Shown: positions 36,201-48,003 of the stretch, one piece after another | How positions within the stretch are numbered: the stretch's first letter is position 1 | How the letters are laid out: every line of letters starts with the position of its first letter | Assembly: GCF_052425735.1 (NCBI RefSeq) | Contig: NC_135760.1 | Coordinates: 1,612,001-1,676,000, forward strand | Reading direction: 5' to 3' | DNA length: 64,000 bases | Source: Oculina patagonica | Lineage: Eukaryota | Made by a program: the position numbers and the translations under genes | The notes under the pieces: generated by a model | The model's input: only the letters and a program-made list of their open reading frames with translations | What the model was told of the DNA's origin: nothing | Databases searched by the model: none

Positions 36201-39200
36201 AGGTGGCTCTGAACTTAACAAACAGATTTTTTAAAAAAATTGTGATGTTTGTTTTATCAAAAACAAACACTTTCATTGAGCAGTTTTTGTCTTGTGTTAC
36301 GTGGCGGTCATGAAGTAAACGATGTGACCGTCATGTAACACAAGAATATCGTACGGGAAGCCTTTGTGTAAAACCTCACCTTATATGTGGTTTTCCTTCG
36401 AGTGGAATTACTCGGGCACATATATTGTACATGCTTGGAATAATTTTATATGAAAGGATGGACTATTTTTTTAGGGGGTTGGGGAGGGGGGTAGGTTGGG
36501 CAATTTTTCTAGGTAATATTTTTCATAGAGAAGGTTATAGGAGATCTTTTTTAAGATTTTTCTTATTTTTTTCCTTATGGCTCCCCTAGCCTGCTTTGCA
36601 GACGTACAAAACCCCGGTATAGTGCATCTGCGAATTACTGCACAAAAGCTTGTTTCGGCCCCCGCGTGTTACCAGGGATTTCTATAATACCCTCTGATTG
36701 GCTTTTGAAGAGGGCCGTTCTTTCGTGCGCCGTAATTGGTTGAGTGGATCTCGTGAAACCATAGTTACGCGTTCGATGAATACCAGATACCAGATACAGT
36801 AAAACGTTCTTGTCATATAATTTGTAAATTTGCCGTTCTGTATTGGAATTGGTCATCCAATCTATTTCGCTTTTCACTTGTTTAGAAAGGGCACGATATG
36901 CTGTCAGTTGTATTATTTGGAGGCGTTTAAAGTTGAGTAGAGCCATAAGACATTGGTCTGCACGGCTTTCCGTTTGTATATTTTGCCCGGATATTTTGAC
37001 ACCTCTGTTTTACATTTTGTCATATGTAATTACTATTGCGGTTAGTCTTGGAACATTCATATTTGCAAGATATTTTTTGAGCTTTTGAAATATTCCCTCT
37101 GGTCCTAAATTTTCCGTGAAGATGTCGACTACTTGCATTCTGCATTTGTCATGCCGGGTCCGGCTGTTTATTGTGTTGCAAGGTGTGTTGCTTCTCATCA
37201 CGGATGACGGATGTTCGTTGTGTGACATTCTTTCACCACAAGACAAATGTAGATTATTCAACATAATTTATACCATGACCTTTTTGCTTGTCAGTTGTGT
37301 TTGCTTCGTGTCATTATCGTTGTTTTCTTTTTTTATCAGATAGTTCGAACCGGCTGCTCTTTGCCGCTTCAAACGCTAATTCTCACCGATCTGGTCCGAT
37401 CTGCCGTGATCGCCGCCAAGTTTGTTTTGTATCTGGTCTTCGTCGAAAGCGTAACTATGGTTTCTCATGATGCACTCGACCAATTACGATGCACGAAAGA
37501 ACGGCCCTATTCAAAAGCCAATCAGAGGTTATTATAGAAATCCCTGGTAACACGCGGGGGGCCGGAACAAGCTTTTGTGCAGTAATTCGCAGACGCACTA
37601 TACCGGGGTTTTGTTCGTCTGCAATGCAGGCTATGGCTCCCCTTGGACTATTTTTTTTCAATCCTTCTTCTCAATTTTGGTCCCCAGGCTGGTGACTTTG
37701 GTTCCAATTTAGACTGCAGCTCCAAAATTTTGGTCGCCATGGCAACTAAAATGGTCTTTACTAGGACGGTTGATATAAAATTCATGCTCCAGCTAAAATT
37801 GAGTCCAGTTATCACGCAAACAAATGAAAGATGAAAGTAAACCTCTGTTAACATTATCTAAAGATTACCGGGTAATAATGTCTGTGACATTACCGGGTAA
37901 TGCCCAAACCATTGATTCAAATAGTATTCAAAATGTTACTGTGCTAGGATTAGATTTTAAATAATTAATTTTTGTACTTATTATTCGAACTTTGAGTAGA
38001 ATTTGCCTTAATTACTGGTATTAATTTTATAAAAATACACCACTTCAGGCTCACCTCATTCCTTCCTGGCCTGCTTCTTGGTTCTCCTTGTGATACTTCA
38101 GTACTGAGTATGTAACCACTGGAGCCTTATGCGATGAACACAGCACTATCCTGTGAAACAGAACAAATAGAAATACAATCAAACTGGGTCAGCTTGGTTG
38201 ATAGGACACCAGCATATATAGCTCAACTGACAAGGTCCTGCATTTCAGTCTAGGGGGCTTTAGGAAGGTGCCCTACATGAACATAATCAGTCGGCTTTGA
38301 AACAAAGATTGCCATTATAAGGTACATTGTACATGTAGGCTGTCATCTGCCATTCTGACATCATATACTGTACATGAAAGAGGCTGGACTTATGCTATGC
38401 TTATACATGTCCATATAAAATTATGAACTTCTTTTTCAGTTCTGGTATACTATTGTACACTACATGGTAAGTGGTTAACAAAACACCAAAAAAGTAAGAG
38501 TTGTAGTGAGTATATGAAATGACATATATGAACTGTGGATAAATGATAAAATGAATGAAATGGTCCTTGCTTTTTTTAGCCTGAAAAAAATTCAAGGCCT
38601 CAACAGGATTTGAACCCATGACCCTCGGGATACCGATGCGATGCTCTACCAACTGAGCTATGAAGCCTTGAAACATTGGGAGCTCATCAATTTTGGGTTC
38701 CTATGTCCCACATGTGGAAAAGATGACGTAGTGAATATTATTTAAAATGTATATGAACTGCGGAGTGACTGTGGCCCTAGGGGAAGAGTGCTGGCCTGTT
38801 TTAACGAATAGCTGCTGGTAAACCAGCCTGCATTGAATGGCCCTTAAACAAAGGTGTTTCTTGCCAAATTTTACATGTTCAGCATCTCAATTTCTTTTTC
38901 AGTGCTAAAAAAACCTTGGGCTTGCAGAAAGGATATTAGTCTTAATGTCTTGTAAAGTCTGCAAATTTATTTACCATTAACAACCTTCATCCCCTAAGCC
39001 TGCAAATGCAGACATAATTATTTCTGGCTGGCGGAGACAAGCAAGGGCCAGAAATATGTCTGCTTTTGAAGGCTATTATCCCTATACATTGGCTATAAAA
39101 GACATTTCAGCTGGCTACAAAAGGCAAGCTGCATAAAAATAGTCTTTATTTTCATGTCACAACAGGCAGCTGTAGCATTTAAGCCACATTGAGGACAATA

Positions 39201-42200
39201 TTAACGGGTTTCTCTGCTGTTTTCTGCACACATGATTTTAAACAACAAATTCTATCCCATAATACTTGTCACAGACAGTCACAGGCTGCCCAACAGACAC
39301 TGCAGCTGCTACGTCTGGTTTGACAACTGGCAGAAATCTGACTGTTACCATGCTATTCTTAGAACCCCGTTTTACAAGAGTTTTGGTCTCTCCAGACAAC
39401 AAACTGTCTATATAATGGTCTATTTTAATTCCAGCAGTAAGACTATTTGTATTTTCGCTATTAAATGTCCCCAGCATTTATTTGATTCCTGCATTCAATT
39501 CTGGTATTTAATAAGCAAGAGTTTTATCATTTATATTATTTTTTGACAGACGTGTATCTTGCCATCTCAAGTAAACCATGCAAATGCTCGAGGGATTATT
39601 TACAAATGGGCGATTCCAGAAAATATCCGTACCATACCACGGACGGCTTTTGGAAATCCGAGGGCAAGGGGGGAAATGGAACGAAATGGGGGAAATGGAA
39701 ATTCCAAAGGATGGGGGAGTTCAGTCTTGATCAGAGGAGAAAACAAAGTTGTCCTTGAAAATGCTTATTTTGTGGACTACCAAGTCGGGGTGACCCTATT
39801 CGGGGAAGGAGGAGGGGGGGCGGAGAGACCTAAGAAGACGGAACCAAAGAGGCTAAAACGCGGAATGACGGAATATCCTAAAACGCGGAATGACGGATAT
39901 TCTAAAACGCGGAGACGGATTCTAAAACGCGGATGTGAAACATTAAAAAAAGAAGCAACAACAGCAACAAAAACAAACAAAGAAAGGAAAATTTAATTGC
40001 TAACTTTCTCAGACGGCGATAACTGCGGAGGCTAAGAATGTCGTAAAGAATGATTCAGGTACTTTAATTTGGATATTCGTTGCCGTCACAGAAAAGCCAA
40101 CTTTTTACAGCGGCTGCTAGCAGTAGAAAACCAGTAAAAGTAAATATACCCCATAAACGAAGGGTGGTTTTTTATACATCTTCTTAATCCTTCGAAGGAT
40201 ACTCGAGTGATCGACTGGAGTATTTCGTACAGAGTCTCGTCCCGCCGAGAAATAAAAAAAGCCAAACGAATGGCTCCTGATAAGTCGACTTCGAAGCCGT
40301 AGAAAGAGAAGGGCGCAGAGAGATAAAAAAAGGAAACCCAAAACAATGGGTTCCAGATGGTCACCCATCCAAGTACTAACCCTGCCCAACAGGGCCTTTG
40401 CGACAGACCATAACCGTTCTTTCCATGTGGTAAGAAAGAGCGCGTAAATCAGCTTATAACAGTGTTAATCCAGTTAAATCACGTTCAAAAGATCCATTAT
40501 AACCAGGTGTTTCTTTCTTTTTTCACGACTTTTAGATTCATGCTGGGACTGATACCACATGGAAAGCACGTTCTCTCTGATCGCCAAAGTTAGCCCTTTG
40601 GGGGTTTACTGGATGGTACATCTCCCTTTTTTGTTTCCTTTTTATTTCTCAGTACGAACTATTTTTAAGGCCTTCTTTTCTAACAGCTCTTCGACTATCA
40701 GGAGCATATGCCCTGACTTCATCCGCGAAATCCTCCCAGTCGATCACTCGAGTATCCTTCGAAGGATGCTATGAGCTGAGCGCTTTGACGTCACGCATAC
40801 ATTACCAGCTCCAAGATGGCGGCATAGTTGTCGAGTTTTGGGAAAGATTTCGTAGGGTTATAGCGCAGTTAGGCTGAAATTTTGTGAATAACATATTTGT
40901 ATAAACTTTTTATAGGCGTAAAGAAAATAAATGGCCATTCTGGAGTGAACTTCTCCTTTAAGAAGATGTATAAAAACACCCTTCGTTTATGGGGTATATT
41001 TACTTTTACTGTTTTCTACTGCTAGCAGCCGCTGTAAACAAGTTGCTTTTCTGTGACGGCAACGAATATCCACAAGTTAAGTACCTGATCATTCTTCGAC
41101 ATTCCTGGCCTCCGCAGTTATCGCCGTCTGAGAAAGTTAGCAATTATTTTCCTTTTTTTTTTTTTTTTTGCTTCTTTTTTTAATGTTTCACAATTTTGCG
41201 TTTTAGAATATTCCATCATTCCGCGTTTTAGGATATTCCGTCATTCCGTGTTTTAGGATATTCCGCCATTCCTTTTAGGATATTCCGTCATTCCGCTATA
41301 TTCCGTCATTCCGTTTTTAGGATATTCCGTCATTCCGCCATTCCGCCGTGCCGCTCCGCCACCGCGAGGTCCCCACCAAGTCGAAATAAAGCGGAGACCG
41401 AAGAGGAACAAGAAAGTCGACGATCAGGATTTTTCGTTCATAGAAAGAAAATCGCTAAAATTGGGTTCTACATCAATCTTCAGATGCCTTAACATTATAA
41501 CTTCTTCATTCGCTCTTTTTTTCTTGTCAAAGCGGACCACAAATATTAAGTCCATTCAGTGGAGTGGAAACTCTTTGCTACGCTTCGAGACGCCATTTGA
41601 AATGTGGGTTGGAGCAACTGCTGACCGTGAAGGCTCAAATCAAGATGGCGAGTCAGTGAACGACTTTATCTTCCGCGTTTTCACACGTGCACACACGATT
41701 TTTATTTTAATGTTCTGCACCAGTTTAGGGCAATTAAAATTAATGTAGTTTATCTGTTGAAAAGGGTAAGGAGAAAAGTCTATTTTTTTACATTTTCATC
41801 CCAGAATTTTATCATAACTGGTCATAATGACTTCTATAAGATCATAGAAATATATTAAATACGCCACATTGGGCGTATTTGCGAACCCTGACGGGAATCT
41901 AAAGAGCTTGACTAAAAAATGAAAAATCTGAACGGGAGGGGGGTTAATGATTATGGAATCCGAGGGCATGGGGGGATAACGCATTTTGGAATTTCCGAAG
42001 GCAAGGGGGCTAAAATATGGAAGCCGTCCGTGGTATGGTACGGATATTTTCTGGAATCGCCCAATCCACCTTGTAGAACTGCTTTATTTGAGACCTGGCC
42101 CTGGTTGTTCAAGGATGGATAACACTATCCACCATGTTCGAAAGACAGATGACGCTATCCGGTGGATAAATCGCTATCCAGTGAATGTTAACAAAACCTT

Positions 42201-43194
42201 CTGAGCTATCCAATGGATAGTGATTTATCCAGCGGATAGTGTTAAATCGCTATCCAGTGGGTAACATAGTATGCTTTGTCAACACTTATCCACCATCTCC
42301 AGATAGTGATTTATCCCATGGATAGAGTTTTCCACCCTTTGAACAACTGGGCCCTGGTGTTTAATCAAGAAAATATGGTATTAGCCTTTGAGGTATGGAG
42401 CTAGTTATTATTTAAGTTCTATACAGGATTCAAACACAACATAACAGCATGAAAGCTCAATGACTACCCTGAATAATAAACTGTGATTTAATAACAGTTG
42501 CATTAGAATCAGTGTTTCAAAAATGGAACTTTTAAATTATCACCTCCCTGTGTAGTTAGCCGTAGCACTGATTTGCTACAAGAAACTTAATTAATTATTC
42601 ATGATTAAAATATTTCCTCATTAAATCTTAATTTTTATGACACCAAAGTTTCATTTAAGGGGGCAGAGACAATTAATTTTAGTAAATACTTCGTTACGAG
42701 CCTACATTATAGAATATGAAGACCGTTTACCTTTTGTCGTTTGCTCTTCTCTTGTGATGAAACGAAGTTCCCATTAAACATGAAATTCTATGCTTACTTC
42801 GATGCACACTTCCACTCGTTGAAGAGGCCGAATCAGTCGACTCAGACATTGAAACGCTCCTTCGCACAACCACGGCGCTTTCTTGCCTTTTTCCTTCACT
42901 GATAGCTTCTGTAACACTTCGTTGTCTGTTTAAAACCCGTTTCGCGCTTCCCTCCTCGCATTCCGAGGTCGAAGGTTCAGATATTGAATGTAGCAGGGTT
43001 CGCCTTGGCGACGGAAAGTCAGAGTTTCTAAGCACGTTTTCGTGGCTTCTTTTCATCGCAGTCTTATCCGTTTTACGCTCAACTGCTTCCTTTGTAATGT
43101 TCCCGTCGAGTGAAATATTCGAGAGGAAAGCACATGCCGAAGCTATTCGTCTTGACCTTCTCCTATTCGGACGGCCAGCTGTCACAGCCGCCAT
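30234..43194 (-). CDS. CABLES1: CDK5 and ABL1 enzyme substrate (CABLES1/2 homolog), 441 aa
   Basis: Eleven GT-AG exons with consistent phases total 1326 nt: 43194-42731, 38150-38055, 35474-35396, 33959-33842, 33706-33594, 32797-32691, 32383-32347, 32146-32081, 31389-31353, 30735-30665, 30371-30234. Motifs [55 protein letters not shown] and [11 protein letters not shown] match the CABLES N-terminal motif and cyclin-like box. Confidence 0.95.
34445..35201. mobile_element. TAG-ended MITE hosting a nested MITE at 34478-34805
   Basis: Outer TIR TAGCCTGAATTTCAG / CTGAAATTCAGGCT. Inner element CCCAGGGGGGTAC..GTACCCCCCTGGG has a perfect 8-bp TSD CTGGTCGC. Confidence 0.8.
35600..35951. mobile_element. 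MITE
   Basis: TIR AAGTACCATATTTGGAAA / TTTCCAAATATGGTACTT. Confidence 0.65.
36587..37633. mobile_element. Non-autonomous Academ(H)-like transposon
   Basis: About 185-bp TIRs starting TAGCCTGC and ending GCAGGCTA, with a perfect 9-bp TSD TGGCTCCCC. A related left end lies at ~18169-18215. Confidence 0.85.
38505..38768 (-). mobile_element. tRNA-derived SINE-like repeat
   Basis: Minus strand reads GGCTTCATAGCTCAGTTGGTAGAGC (A box) ... GGTTCAAATCC (B box) at ~38596-38667, with an irregular anticodon arm. Flanked by a direct repeat ATATGAACTG(T/C)GGA. Confidence 0.7.
39788..41374. mobile_element. Mutator/foldback-like element
   Basis: 9-bp TSD ACCAAGTCG and G..C termini. About 400-bp inverted arms (39788-40187 / 40958-41374) carry tandem GGAATGACGGAATATCCTAAAAC units. 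Confidence 0.8.
40350..40397 (-). repeat. 5S rRNA-derived fragment (SINE3-like head), not a full 5S gene
   Basis: Minus strand GCCCTGTTGGGCAGGGTTAGTACTTGGATGGGTGACCATCTGGAA matches the 5S internal control region (intermediate element and C box). Confidence 0.7.
42093..42358. mobile_element. MITE with internal GGATA/TATCC repeats
   Basis: ACCTGGCCCTGGTTGTTCAA / TTGAACAACTGGGCCCTGGT termini. Confidence 0.7.
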
Positions 43195-43683
43195 TTTGGC
43201 GGTTGTTGACAAAATGTGCCTGAGTAGTACTGTGCTGGAATCATACTCAACCCTCCCCAGACGGTATATCCCATAAGCCTCTCTTACAAGGTGGGGGGTG
43301 ATCTGGGTTCTAGTTTCCAAGATTGGAGGGCACGTACAGGGGCAACACAGATGTTTCAAAGAATTAAAATGTTTTTTTTTTTTAAATTTGTAAATAAAAG
43401 TATTGTGCAAGCCTTGCAAAGACACAGAGGGCTGTAGGAAAATTAATAGAACCCACAGCCCCTTGCCTGATGGTTCAATTTCCGGGTGGAGAGGCCAGGG
43501 GGTAAACCTTACCTAGGGCTTTCCACAAGTTGCTCGGCAACTTTTTGGCAACTTTTCATGTTTCGAGCAACTTTTCCCCCTTCGAGCAACTTTTTTCCTC
43601 TCGAGCAACTTGTTGCATTTTGAGCAATTTCCAGACCGAAGATCTCCGAAGATTAAATTAACGCTGGAAAGTTCAATGTAAAA

Positions 43684-43721
43684 TACTAAACGTTTCGGCA
43701 GTGCTGCCTTCATCAGTAGTA
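43684..43721 (-). ncRNA. Minimal type I hammerhead ribozyme motif (mirror copy)
   Basis: Exact reverse complement of 44936-44973. Confidence 0.8.
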
Positions 43722-44935
43722 GTAGTAAAAATATGTCGTAGCTCACGCTCACGTATGCGAAAATAAACGATGGAAATTCAAACTAAAATAATTTGGGAGC
43801 TCGCGCGTGTGATGGAAGCGCGCGCGGGCAAAGCTCGCATACGAGTTACTTAAGCAAAGCTAAAGTCTTGGTTTAGCCCGCTTGGTGCCAGCGTCTTGAA
43901 ATTGAAGATGACTCGCATTTCCTCACGTCTTCTCTTTGCTTGATCAGCCAGGTTTGCTCTTATCACTGCGACCATCATGTCGTTTAGGTTGTGGCCTGGT
44001 TTCGTAAAATGATCAGGTACCGGCAGCTCAACTCTCTTCCGTATGACGTCTAAACGGTGCTCTCTGAAGCGATCTCCGAGCCGACGGCCTGTCTCTCCAA
44101 TGTAGACCATCCCGGGGCATTTACGGCATGAAATGCAATAAACAAGTTGACTTGTGATGCACGTATAATGGCCCGAGATCCTGATATGTCCATTGTGAGT
44201 TCTTATTCTGTCACTGGAGTTTACAAAAGGACAGGTTCGGCATTCGCGTCGGTTGCATTTGTAAGTACCCACTTGAATCTGGGGATCTGACCGTCAGATC
44301 CCCAGATTCAAGTGGGTACTTAAGTGGGCATTTGTAAGTACCCACTTGAATCTGGGGATCTGACCGTCAGATCCCCAGATTCAAGTGGGTACTTACAAAT
44401 GCAACCGACGCGAATGCCGAACCTGTCCTTTTGTAAACTCCAGTGACAGAATAAGAACTCACAATGGACATATCAGGATCTCGGGCCATTATACGTGCAT
44501 CACAAGTCAACTTGTTTATTGCATTTCATGCCGTAAATGCCCCGGGATGGTCTACATTGGAGAGACAGGCCGTCGGCTCGGAGATCGCTTCAGAGAGCAC
44601 CGTTTAGACGTCATACGGAAGAGAGTTGAGCTGCCGGTACCTGATCATTTTACGAAACCAGGCCACAACCTAAACGACATGATGGTCGCAGTGATAAGAG
44701 CAAACCTGGCTGATCAAGCAAAGAGAAGACGTGAGGAAATGCGAGTCATCTTCAATTTCAAGACGCTGGCACCAAGCGGGCTAAACCAAGACTTTAGCTT
44801 TGCTTAAGTAACTCGTATGCGAGCTTTGCCCGCGCGCGCTTCCATCACACGCGCGAGCTCCCAAATTATTTTAGTTTGAATTTCCATCGTTTATTTTCGC
44901 ATACGTGAGCGTGAGCTACGACATATTTTTACTAC

Positions 44936-44973
44936 TACTACTGATGAAGGCAGCACTGCCGAAACGTTTAGTA
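44936..44973 (+). ncRNA. Minimal type I hammerhead ribozyme motif
   Basis: TACTA-CTGATGA-A-GGCAG(CA)CTGCC-GAA-ACGT-T-TAGTA. Conserved core, 5-bp stem II, palindromic ACGT stem III and stem I TACTA/TAGTA. Confidence 0.8.
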
Positions 44974-45534
44974 TCTCCGAAGATTATCCGAGTGTTGTTC
45001 AAAGGCCATACGCACGTTTCCGAAGATTTACGAAGTTTGCCGAACATTTTCGAGGAACATCTAAAGACGTTTCAACTTTCGGCTCATTCTGCATTATAAC
45101 ATTACAAAACTCACCAGCAAACATGACGTCATCGATATCTTCACGATTTTTCTCAGTTAACGAAATTCTTGTTAGTTAACAAATTTTCCCCTTAAGATGT
45201 TATTTAGATACTTCTTTTGCTGTTAAATTGCATAAAACGGCTTAGAAATCTTATCCTCAAAAGGAAATAAGCATATATTTAAAGAAATTCTCTTGATTAG
45301 AAGCAGCATTTTGGAGTTTTTGGAGCAACTTTTATTATCAGAAGCAACTTTTTTGGATATTTGGAGCAACTTTTGAGCAACTTTTTGAGAAATTACGGGC
45401 AACTTTTTGGGAAATCTCGAGCAACTTGTGGAAAGCCCTATTAAACCTTACCTAGGGTATGGGGTGTTTTTAGCCATCAAGGTATCTTTCAGGATTGATT
45501 GAAAAAAAAAAAAAAAGAAAATTCATGGAATCCA

Positions 45535-45958
45535 CCCGGGGGGGGGGGGGGGGCACTTCCTATAAATGGGCTAATGGGGATGTGCCTCTGGATGGGGTCG
45601 CATTTTCACAACTGGACTGACTATAATGGGGTCGCCATTTCAAGCATTTTTTATAGGGTGACTAGAATGGGGTCACACTTTTCCGGGATTTTGAGAGTAC
45701 GAAAATCTGGCAAGTTGTGATTTATGAACGGAATATTCGCCGAAAAAAATGTTACCGTATTTATTGCTGTTGTTCAATAATTGACAAACAGCTCCCAGAA
45801 AGTGACTAAGTTGGGGTCGTAAAATTAAATTTACCCAAAAGTGACTAAGATGGGGTCTATAATTGGCCATAGAATAAGACTATAATGGGGTAGGGGTTCT
45901 GAGAGGCCAGCGGCACATACCCAACAAAAATTTACCCAAGTACCCCCCCCCCCCCGGG
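45535..45958. mobile_element. MITE with CCCGGG/poly-G termini
   Basis: CCCGGGGG...CCCCCGGG ends with an 8-bp TSD GGAATCCA. Confidence 0.8.
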
Positions 45959-46777
45959 GGAATCCACACTCCACAGCCCCTTGCCAGATGGTTCACTTTC
46001 CAGGGGCAGAGGGAAGAGGGGGAAAAGAATACTCCCTCATAAATATGTCAGGGTGTTTTTAGCCATCAAGGTATCTTTTGGGATTCAATGCAAAACAAAA
46101 AGAAAAAGAAGAAAAAAGAAAAATGCTGTCAAAACTTTGAAGATGGTTTACCCTGATCAAACATAAAATCTTTAAATTAATTTCTTCACAGGTGAAAGCC
46201 CATTTAGGGGTTTAATTGGAGTTCCTCTTATCCCCTTTTCCCAGAAGGGCAAATTTGTTTACAGTACATCTACAGTAGTGTGTGACAGGTATTCCTTCCT
46301 TCAATTCACCCTCTCTCAACATAATGGATTTTTGAGATGGCTTGGGTGCAGTCCTAGACTAGAGATTTCAAGGAAATGAATGTTGGGTAGCTGATCTGAT
46401 GAAATACAACTGCATTACAAGATGAAATATAATGCTTTCTTTGCCACTTTTGTCCAAATTAAGTTCAATGATTGGCCGAAGTCTGTGACCCACATCAGGT
46501 CTCAGACATTAGGTGACCCTACACTTACTTAACCTAAAATATACCAAAATTTGACAAACTCATACAGCAAAACATGAGCCTCTCTATGGGTATTTCCGAA
46601 GAAATCAAAGACGCGAAATTCACCGCAGAAAAAACAAAGATTTCAAGATTGAAGGGAAGATCTAAAATTGACCAAAACTCGCGTGATCAAATTGAACACT
46701 CGGAGATAAAACTGTCAAAACTCAAACACTACTGAAAATATCTGGAATTTCTGTATTTTGACATTTGACCACATTTA

Positions 46778-46995
46778 AGGCCCCATTAGGGGGGTATGAG
46801 TATCCCGTATCCCATTAATTTTTGGCCTAAATATCCTGTATCCCATTAATTCTCATTAATTCCCATTAGTTCGATATCCCATGTAATCTCTTTTCTTAAT
46901 ACCCCGTATCCCTATAATTTTTCCCTGAAATATCCCGTATCCCTATAATTTTCTCCCCAAATGTCCCGTATCCCTAAAACCCCTAATGGGGCCTC
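46778..46995. mobile_element. MITE with ATATCCCGTATCCC repeats
   Basis: TIR AGGCCCCATTAGGGG / CCCCTAATGGGGCCT. Confidence 0.7.
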
Positions 46996-47214
46996 GCATT
47001 TCACGAAAACAAAAAACGAAGATAAAATGAGGATCTGCTTAAAAAACCAAAGATTTTCAAAAAAATTGCAAAGAAAACAAAGACCGTGGGTACCCATAGA
47101 GAAGCTCAAATATCTTTTGCAAATCCCATTGACAGACTCAGAGTTAATCCCCTCTCCACTAAAGAGAACCAAGTACATGCTGCTGACATTAAATGATGCC
47201 CAACGTACATTAAA

Positions 47215-47745
47215 AAGTCTGCTTCAAGCCAACTGGCCCATAATGCCAGAACTTATCCTGGTTTCCATAGTATTAAAGTGACTAGGAGTATTCTGCTCCC
47301 CAGTGGATGGGATGTATTTTATCACAGGGCTACCTCACCCTCCCAGCATTATTTCACTGTAGGTAAAGTCTGCATCATTCCCCCCTAAAGTAGATGGGAT
47401 GCTATTTCATCATAGGGTTACCCCCTAGCATTATTCGCTGGGACCCATTCATACACCTGGGTGGAGAGACACTATGGGGGTTAAGTGTCTAGCTCAAGAA
47501 CATATGACACAATGACCCTCAGCCAGGGCTTGAATCCGGACCACTTGATCCGGGGTCCCGCGCCTTTCACGTTTCCCATACATGTGCTCGAAACTACGGC
47601 ACCTGCTTTGCAGACTAGGGTCCAGCATGCTAACCATTAGGCCACTATGCCTCCCATACCATTATTTCACTGGTATCCATTCATACACCGGGGTGGAAAG
47701 AGGCACAATGAGAGTTAAGTGTCTTGACCAAGAACAAAACACAGT
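47215..47745 (-). mobile_element. Fragments of Nin/Deu-domain-like SINEs
   Basis: Reverse complement of the CAAGACACTT..CTC..AGTG.CTCT.TCCACCC.GGTGTA..AATGG core, present in at least two nested pieces. Same family as 63483-63752. Confidence 0.6.
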
Positions 47746-48003
47746 GTTTCACAGTTTTGATTACCAGAGCTTGCCTTTATTCAAATACGTCAGAGAGACA
47801 TTTAATGCACTCAACCAAACAAAAAAAGAAGAGTATAAATACAGCAACTCACAAGATTATTCATTGACAGTTAACAAGTTTAGAATGGAAATTACATGTG
47901 TATCATTTCTTTGATTAACCTAACCTAACTAATCCAAATGTATAAATTGAATTCTAAGAGAAAGCTGCGGCAAAAAATGTGTCTTTTTGAAAACTGCTCA
48001 TCA

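Larger units (their letters stand above)
39607..42063. mobile_element. MITE (outer) containing a nested foldback element
   Basis: TIR TGGGCGATTCCAGAAAATATCCGTACCATACCACGGACGGCTT at both ends. Shorter relatives lie at ~59659-59818 and ~60632-60848. Confidence 0.8.
43656..44974. mobile_element. Penelope-like retroelement (Neptune-like), 5'-truncated, perfect inverted duplication
   Basis: Two identical opposed ORFs (44272-43850, 44385-44807) encode a CxxxxCxxC linker plus GIY-YIG endonuclease (LVYCISC..C..VYIGETGR..RFREH..HF..H..GLN). There is no RT domain. Flanking 14-bp duplication ATCTCCGAAGATTA. Confidence 0.92.
43514..45440. mobile_element. hAT-like MITE interrupted by a Penelope-like insertion
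   Basis: 22-bp TIR TAGGGCTTTCCACAAGTTGCTC and many subterminal GAGCAACTTT repeats. Confidence 0.8.

Noticed and set aside
38596-38667. Functional tRNA genes here, at 49799-49872 and at 62521-62593
   Set aside because: Anticodon or acceptor arms are irregular, and each is embedded in a repeat body, so they are treated as SINE or TE parts.
39850-41345. CRISPR-like array of ~23-nt repeats
   Set aside because: Repeats are tandem without unique spacers and form the subterminal arms of a eukaryotic foldback transposon; there are no cas genes.
43195-43425. 77-aa N-terminal extension of CABLES given by the ORF track
   Set aside because: It relies on a non-ATG start and is AT-rich promoter-like sequence. 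The ATG at 43194 has a strong AAAATGG context just before the conserved N-terminal motif.
44385-44807. Stand-alone domesticated GIY-YIG nuclease gene pair
   Set aside because: The frame starts at GTG at a fold-back junction, lacks the RT, has identical copies and is flanked by a TSD. This is a truncated young retroelement.
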